From the NCBI GenBank assembly GCA_963975265.1, contig CAXBGT010000008.1, forward strand, positions 14,053-46,052: a stretch of DNA of 32,000 nucleotides, in the 5' to 3' direction. Under the pieces are notes generated by a model. That model made no database searches, was not told the DNA's origin, and saw nothing but the letters and a program-made list of their open reading frames with translations. Shown here piece after piece: positions 28,980-32,000 of this stretch (positions are counted from its first letter, which is position 1; the number at the start of each line of letters is the position of its first letter). Origin of the DNA: an uncultured Saprospirales bacterium (lineage in GTDB: Bacteria; Bacteroidota; Bacteroidia; Chitinophagales; Saprospiraceae). Position numbers and translations under genes: made by a program.

Positions 28980-29497
28980 ATGCGCTTGAAGAATCCTGAA
29001 CTTATAAGGGGTATAACCTTTAAGATGAGTGCAGCGCCAATATCATATCATAAAGATATAAGTAGGAATTTGTGTACTGAAATCACTAATTTCCTGAAAG
29101 GTAAACCTTTAGAAGCTATTAAGTCCCAATCGATGTTGTCCTTCCTGTAAGAAACGAATTAAAGGACAATCCTACAATCTTGGTACAGCTTGACATTTGT
29201 GTCATCTGTGATCGAAATAAAATCAATGAAGCGGGATGTATTAGTGCTCCATACTTGATAGTTGAAGTCATATCGCCAGTTACTTCAAAGAAAGATATGA
29301 ACGATAAATTCTCAATCTATGAAGAGGCCGGTGTTAAAAAATTTTGGAGAGTGCATCCAAAAGACTAAATGGTAGATACATTGCTTTATAAAATGGCAAA
29401 TTTCAATTATAAAAAATCTACAAATACAGAGCAAATATCACCGGTCACACTTCCTATTATAGTTATAGCGTTAGAAACTGTTCTTAATTATGATCAA
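28980..29497 (+). pseudogene. decayed Uma2-family (DUF820) PD-(D/E)xK endonuclease
   Basis: Frame 1 (28980..29150) reads MRLKNPELIRGITFKMSAAPISYHKDISRNLCTEITNFLKGKP...*. The homology then continues in another frame from 29123: VPIDVVLPVRNELKDNPTILVQLDICVICDRNKINEAGCISAPYLIVEVISPVTSKKDMNDKFSIYEEAGVKKFWRVHPKD*. It carries on past that in-frame stop at 29366 (MVDTLLYKMANFNYKK...ISPVTLPIIVIALETVL). That is at least one frameshift and one premature stop. The track ORF 29180..29368 is a fragment of it. The ends are approximate. Confidence 0.7.
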
Positions 29498-29518
29498 TCA
29501 CAATACTTACTAGCCATA

Positions 29519-31567
29519 TTAATTTAAAGGCAATCTCCTCTTGACCATAGTCAATATAGTAGCAATGGCCACTGTCTCGCCTGTTTCATCATAAACATCG
29601 ACTAAAAACTTGACAATTCCTTTAGGGATATCATCTTCGTCTCTTTTTTCTTGAGCGATTTTCTCCTTCGCAGTAAACCTTACACCAATTGTCATTCCAG
29701 CATAAACTGGCTTGGTAAATCTACACTCATCCAATCCATAATTCAACAAAACTGGACCTTTCGCAGCATGTACAAATAAACCTGCCGCTGCACTTAATAT
29801 GAAATAACCATGAGCAACCCGCTCTTCAAAAATTGTTCCCTCTAGAGAAGTGACATCTGTATGCGCATAAAAATGGTCCCAACTAACATTCGCAAAATTC
29901 ACAATATCTGCTTCCGTAACAGTTCGTTTACCCGTGACAATCGTCTCACCCACTTCAATATCTTCAAAATGCTTTGTGAAGGGATGTGCTCCCCCATCTT
30001 TGTATTTAGCACCGTATTGGTATTGACCTGTCACTTCTGTAAGTGTTGTAGGACTTCCTTGTACCGCACACCGTTGCATATAGTGTTTTACCCCTCTCAT
30101 TCCACCCATCTCTTCACCTCCACCTGCACGCCCTGGTCCTCCATGTACAAGTAGAGGCATCGGTGAACCATGACCTGTACTTTCAGGAGCGGCATCTCTA
30201 TTGAGCACTAAAATCCTACCATGGTGACTTGCTGCTCCTAATACAAATTCTCGGGCAGTTTTATCATCATTTGTAGCGATGGAACATACCAATGAACCTT
30301 TGCCCATTTTTGCCAACTCAATGGCTTCACCTATATTTTTATAAGGCATCAATGTACTTGCTGGACCAAATGCTTCAATATCATGTACATCTGTATTCTC
30401 AAATGGCTTGTCCTGTCTCATCAAAATTGGACTCATGTAAGACCCCGCTTTATTAGTTCCTTCCACGAGAACTACTTCGTCTAAGCTCCCGTAAACAATT
30501 TGAGAGGTTTCTAGAAGTTGTTCTATTCTTTCTCTTACTTCCACTACTTGTTGAGGGCCAGCGAGTGAACCCATTCGAACACCATCAACTCTTGGATCAC
30601 CTATAGTTGTTTTAGCTAGTGCTTTCCCCAACTGAATCTGAACATCTTCCATTAGGTCTTCAGGAACCATTATTCTTCTGATCGCAGTACATTTCTGACC
30701 ACATTTAGTAGTCATCTCTCTTCTCACTTCTTTAAGAAAGAGGTCAAATTCATCTGTTCCAGGCACAGCATCTGGGCCTAAGATTATACAATTCAGTGAA
30801 TCCGCTTCCATATTAAATGGTACCGATTCATTAATAATCTGTGGAGTAGCTTTGAGCATCCTACCTGTTGTTGCTGAACCTGTAAATGTGACTACATCTT
30901 GACTAGTAACATGGTCCAAAATACCTCTTGCACTTCCGCTGATAAGTTGTAGTGCTCCTTCTGGCAGTATTCCCGATGCAATTATATCCTTCACCATCGC
31001 TTCTGTCAAGAAGGAGGTCAAAGTTGCAGGCTTCACTATCGCTGGCATTCCAGCTAACCAATTCACTGCACATTTTTCTAGCATACCCCAGATAGGAAAA
31101 TTGAATGCATTTATGTGTACAGCAACTCCTTCTTTTGGCACCATAATATGTTGGCCTACAAATTGGCCGCCTTTGGATAATGGTGCCATTTCTCCATCTA
31201 TGTAATATGGTTGATCCGGAAATTTCTTTCTGAGACTGGCATTGGCAAAAAGATTACCAATTCCTCCTTCTATATCTACCCAACTATCGCCTTTTGTTGC
31301 TCCTGTCTTGTAACTTATTGGATAATAACTTTTACGTTTTTCATGAAGATACAATGCAAGGGACTTTATCATTCTTCCTCTCTGTTGAAACGTCATTTTC
31401 CGCAATGTGTGTCCGCCAGTTTTTCGTCCATATTCTAGCATATCAGCCCAATCAAGACCTTTACTCGTTGCAAAACCAATGATTTCACCGTTAGCTCCAT
31501 CTATCAATGCTTGTCCATCTCCCTCTCCAGTGATCCAGTTACCTTGTGCGTAGTTTTTAATCTTCAT
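29519..31567 (-). CDS. paaZ: bifunctional oxepin-CoA hydrolase / 3-oxo-5,6-dehydrosuberyl-CoA semialdehyde dehydrogenase (phenylacetate catabolism)
   Basis: 682 aa and collinear with E. coli PaaZ as I recall it. Shared stretches include TGATKGDSWVDIEGGIGNLF, GVAVHINAFNFPIWGMLEK, MTTKCGQKCTAIRRI and ESTGHGSPMPLLVHGGPGRAGGGEEMGG. The C-terminal MaoC hot-dog domain has TEADIVNFANVSWDHFYAHTD. Confidence 0.92.
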   Translation of the reverse strand: MKIKNYAQGNWITGEGDGQALIDGANGEIIGFATSKGLDWADMLEYGRKTGGHTLRKMTFQQRGRMIKSLALYLHEKRKSYYPISYKTGATKGDSWVDIEGGIGNLFANASLRKKFPDQPYYIDGEMAPLSKGGQFVGQHIMVPKEGVAVHINAFNFPIWGMLEKCAVNWLAGMPAIVKPATLTSFLTEAMVKDIIASGILPEGALQLISGSARGILDHVTSQDVVTFTGSATTGRMLKATPQIINESVPFNMEADSLNCIILGPDAVPGTDEFDLFLKEVRREMTTKCGQKCTAIRRIMVPEDLMEDVQIQLGKALAKTTIGDPRVDGVRMGSLAGPQQVVEVRERIEQLLETSQIVYGSLDEVVLVEGTNKAGSYMSPILMRQDKPFENTDVHDIEAFGPASTLMPYKNIGEAIELAKMGKGSLVCSIATNDDKTAREFVLGAASHHGRILVLNRDAAPESTGHGSPMPLLVHGGPGRAGGGEEMGGMRGVKHYMQRCAVQGSPTTLTEVTGQYQYGAKYKDGGAHPFTKHFEDIEVGETIVTGKRTVTEADIVNFANVSWDHFYAHTDVTSLEGTIFEERVAHGYFILSAAAGLFVHAAKGPVLLNYGLDECRFTKPVYAGMTIGVRFTAKEKIAQEKRDEDDIPKGIVKFLVDVYDETGETVAIATILTMVKRRLPLN

Positions 31568-31793
31568 ATTGTTTCATTTTATTAGGTGGTGTGAAGATAA
31601 TGGAGTTGTTCGATTTATAGAATTGTTGGGCTATGAAGTTGGTTAATTATAAAAGTGATACGTAAAACATCATGGTCGAGTTTTAGCAACTTCGATCAAA
31701 TTACGGCCATCAATTACAACGACCTTACTGGGCCACGTTCCAGAAGTCACCTGCATTATCATGAGTACCTTCGAGAAATAAAACACTTATAAT

Positions 31794-32000
31794 CTACCTC
31801 AAAATTACCAAACGCCCTTGATCTATTTCATATTGATGATCTATTATTTCATAGAAATAGATACCTGATAGGATGTTATCTAGATTCAACACGTTATTGA
31901 CTTCACGTAATGATTCATTTAACACTTCTTCCCCAGTGATATTGTAAATTTTAACCACCATTTCATCTTGGTTTGTTAGGTCCTCCACTTTAATCGTCAG
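31794..32000 (-). CDS. 3' end of a secreted protein carrying a T9SS (Por) C-terminal sorting domain; 5' part lies outside the window
   Basis: The minus frame is open to the window edge. The tail VVKIYNITGEEVLNESLREVNNVLNLDNILSGIYFYEIIDHQYEIDQGRLVILR* has the KIYN..G..V / L..GIYF / K-L-V-I pattern of T9SS type-A CTDs. Confidence 0.7.
   Translation of the reverse strand: MTIKVEDLTNQDEMVVKIYNITGEEVLNESLREVNNVLNLDNILSGIYFYEIIDHQYEIDQGRLVILR

Noticed and set aside
31650-31770. Short minus-strand ORF ...MIMQVTSGTWPSKVVVIDGRNLIEVAKTRP* between the T9SS gene and paaZ
   Set aside because: It has only about 30-38 codons. The vague resemblance to a domain fragment cannot be verified by eye. It is possibly a relic but is not supportable as a gene.
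1-32000. Search by eye for rRNA, tRNA, CRISPR repeats, tandem arrays or long duplicated segments
   Set aside because: None seen. The intergenic spacers are short or A/T-rich, without cloverleaf-like GC stems or regularly spaced repeats. A tRNAscan, Infernal or CRISPR-finder run would be needed to exclude them formally.

Overview
Low-GC, Bacteroidota-type sequence, probably Flavobacteriia-like. This is inferred from TAnnTTTG -7 promoter boxes, a T9SS C-terminal sorting domain, non-zinc L36/S14 forms, and carA directly after rplQ. About 23.5 kb on the minus strand is the ribosomal super-cluster: rpsL-rpsG-fusA, then rpsJ-rplCDWB-rpsS-rplV-rpsC-rplP-rpmC-rpsQ-rplNXE-rpsNH-rplFR-rpsE-rpmD-rplO-secY, then infA-rpmJ-rpsMKD-rpoA-rplQ, followed by a truncated carA. 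The one non-canonical element is a 4.3-kb wedge between fusA and rpsJ. It carries a 982-aa periplasmic beta-propeller/Y_Y_Y LytS-type sensor kinase and an overlapping LytTR response regulator. The wedge is insulated from fusA by a strong intrinsic terminator, and rpsJ has its own promoter downstream of it. It is bracketed by imperfect 27-bp direct repeats, and its upstream spacer holds an orphan plus-strand terminator hairpin. The right-hand 8.5 kb is accessory: a 4-TM acidic-tailed membrane protein plus a processive-type GT2 glycosyltransferase, a convergent TonB-dependent/OMP beta-barrel receptor, two adjacent decayed genes (GNAT acetyltransferase and Uma2 PD-(D/E)xK endonuclease), an isolated paaZ, and the 3' end of a T9SS-secreted protein. 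I found no rRNA, tRNA, CRISPR array, transposase or integrase. I see no clearly novel multi-gene system. The sensor cassette inside the ribosomal cluster and its flanking non-coding structure are the items most worth a second look.
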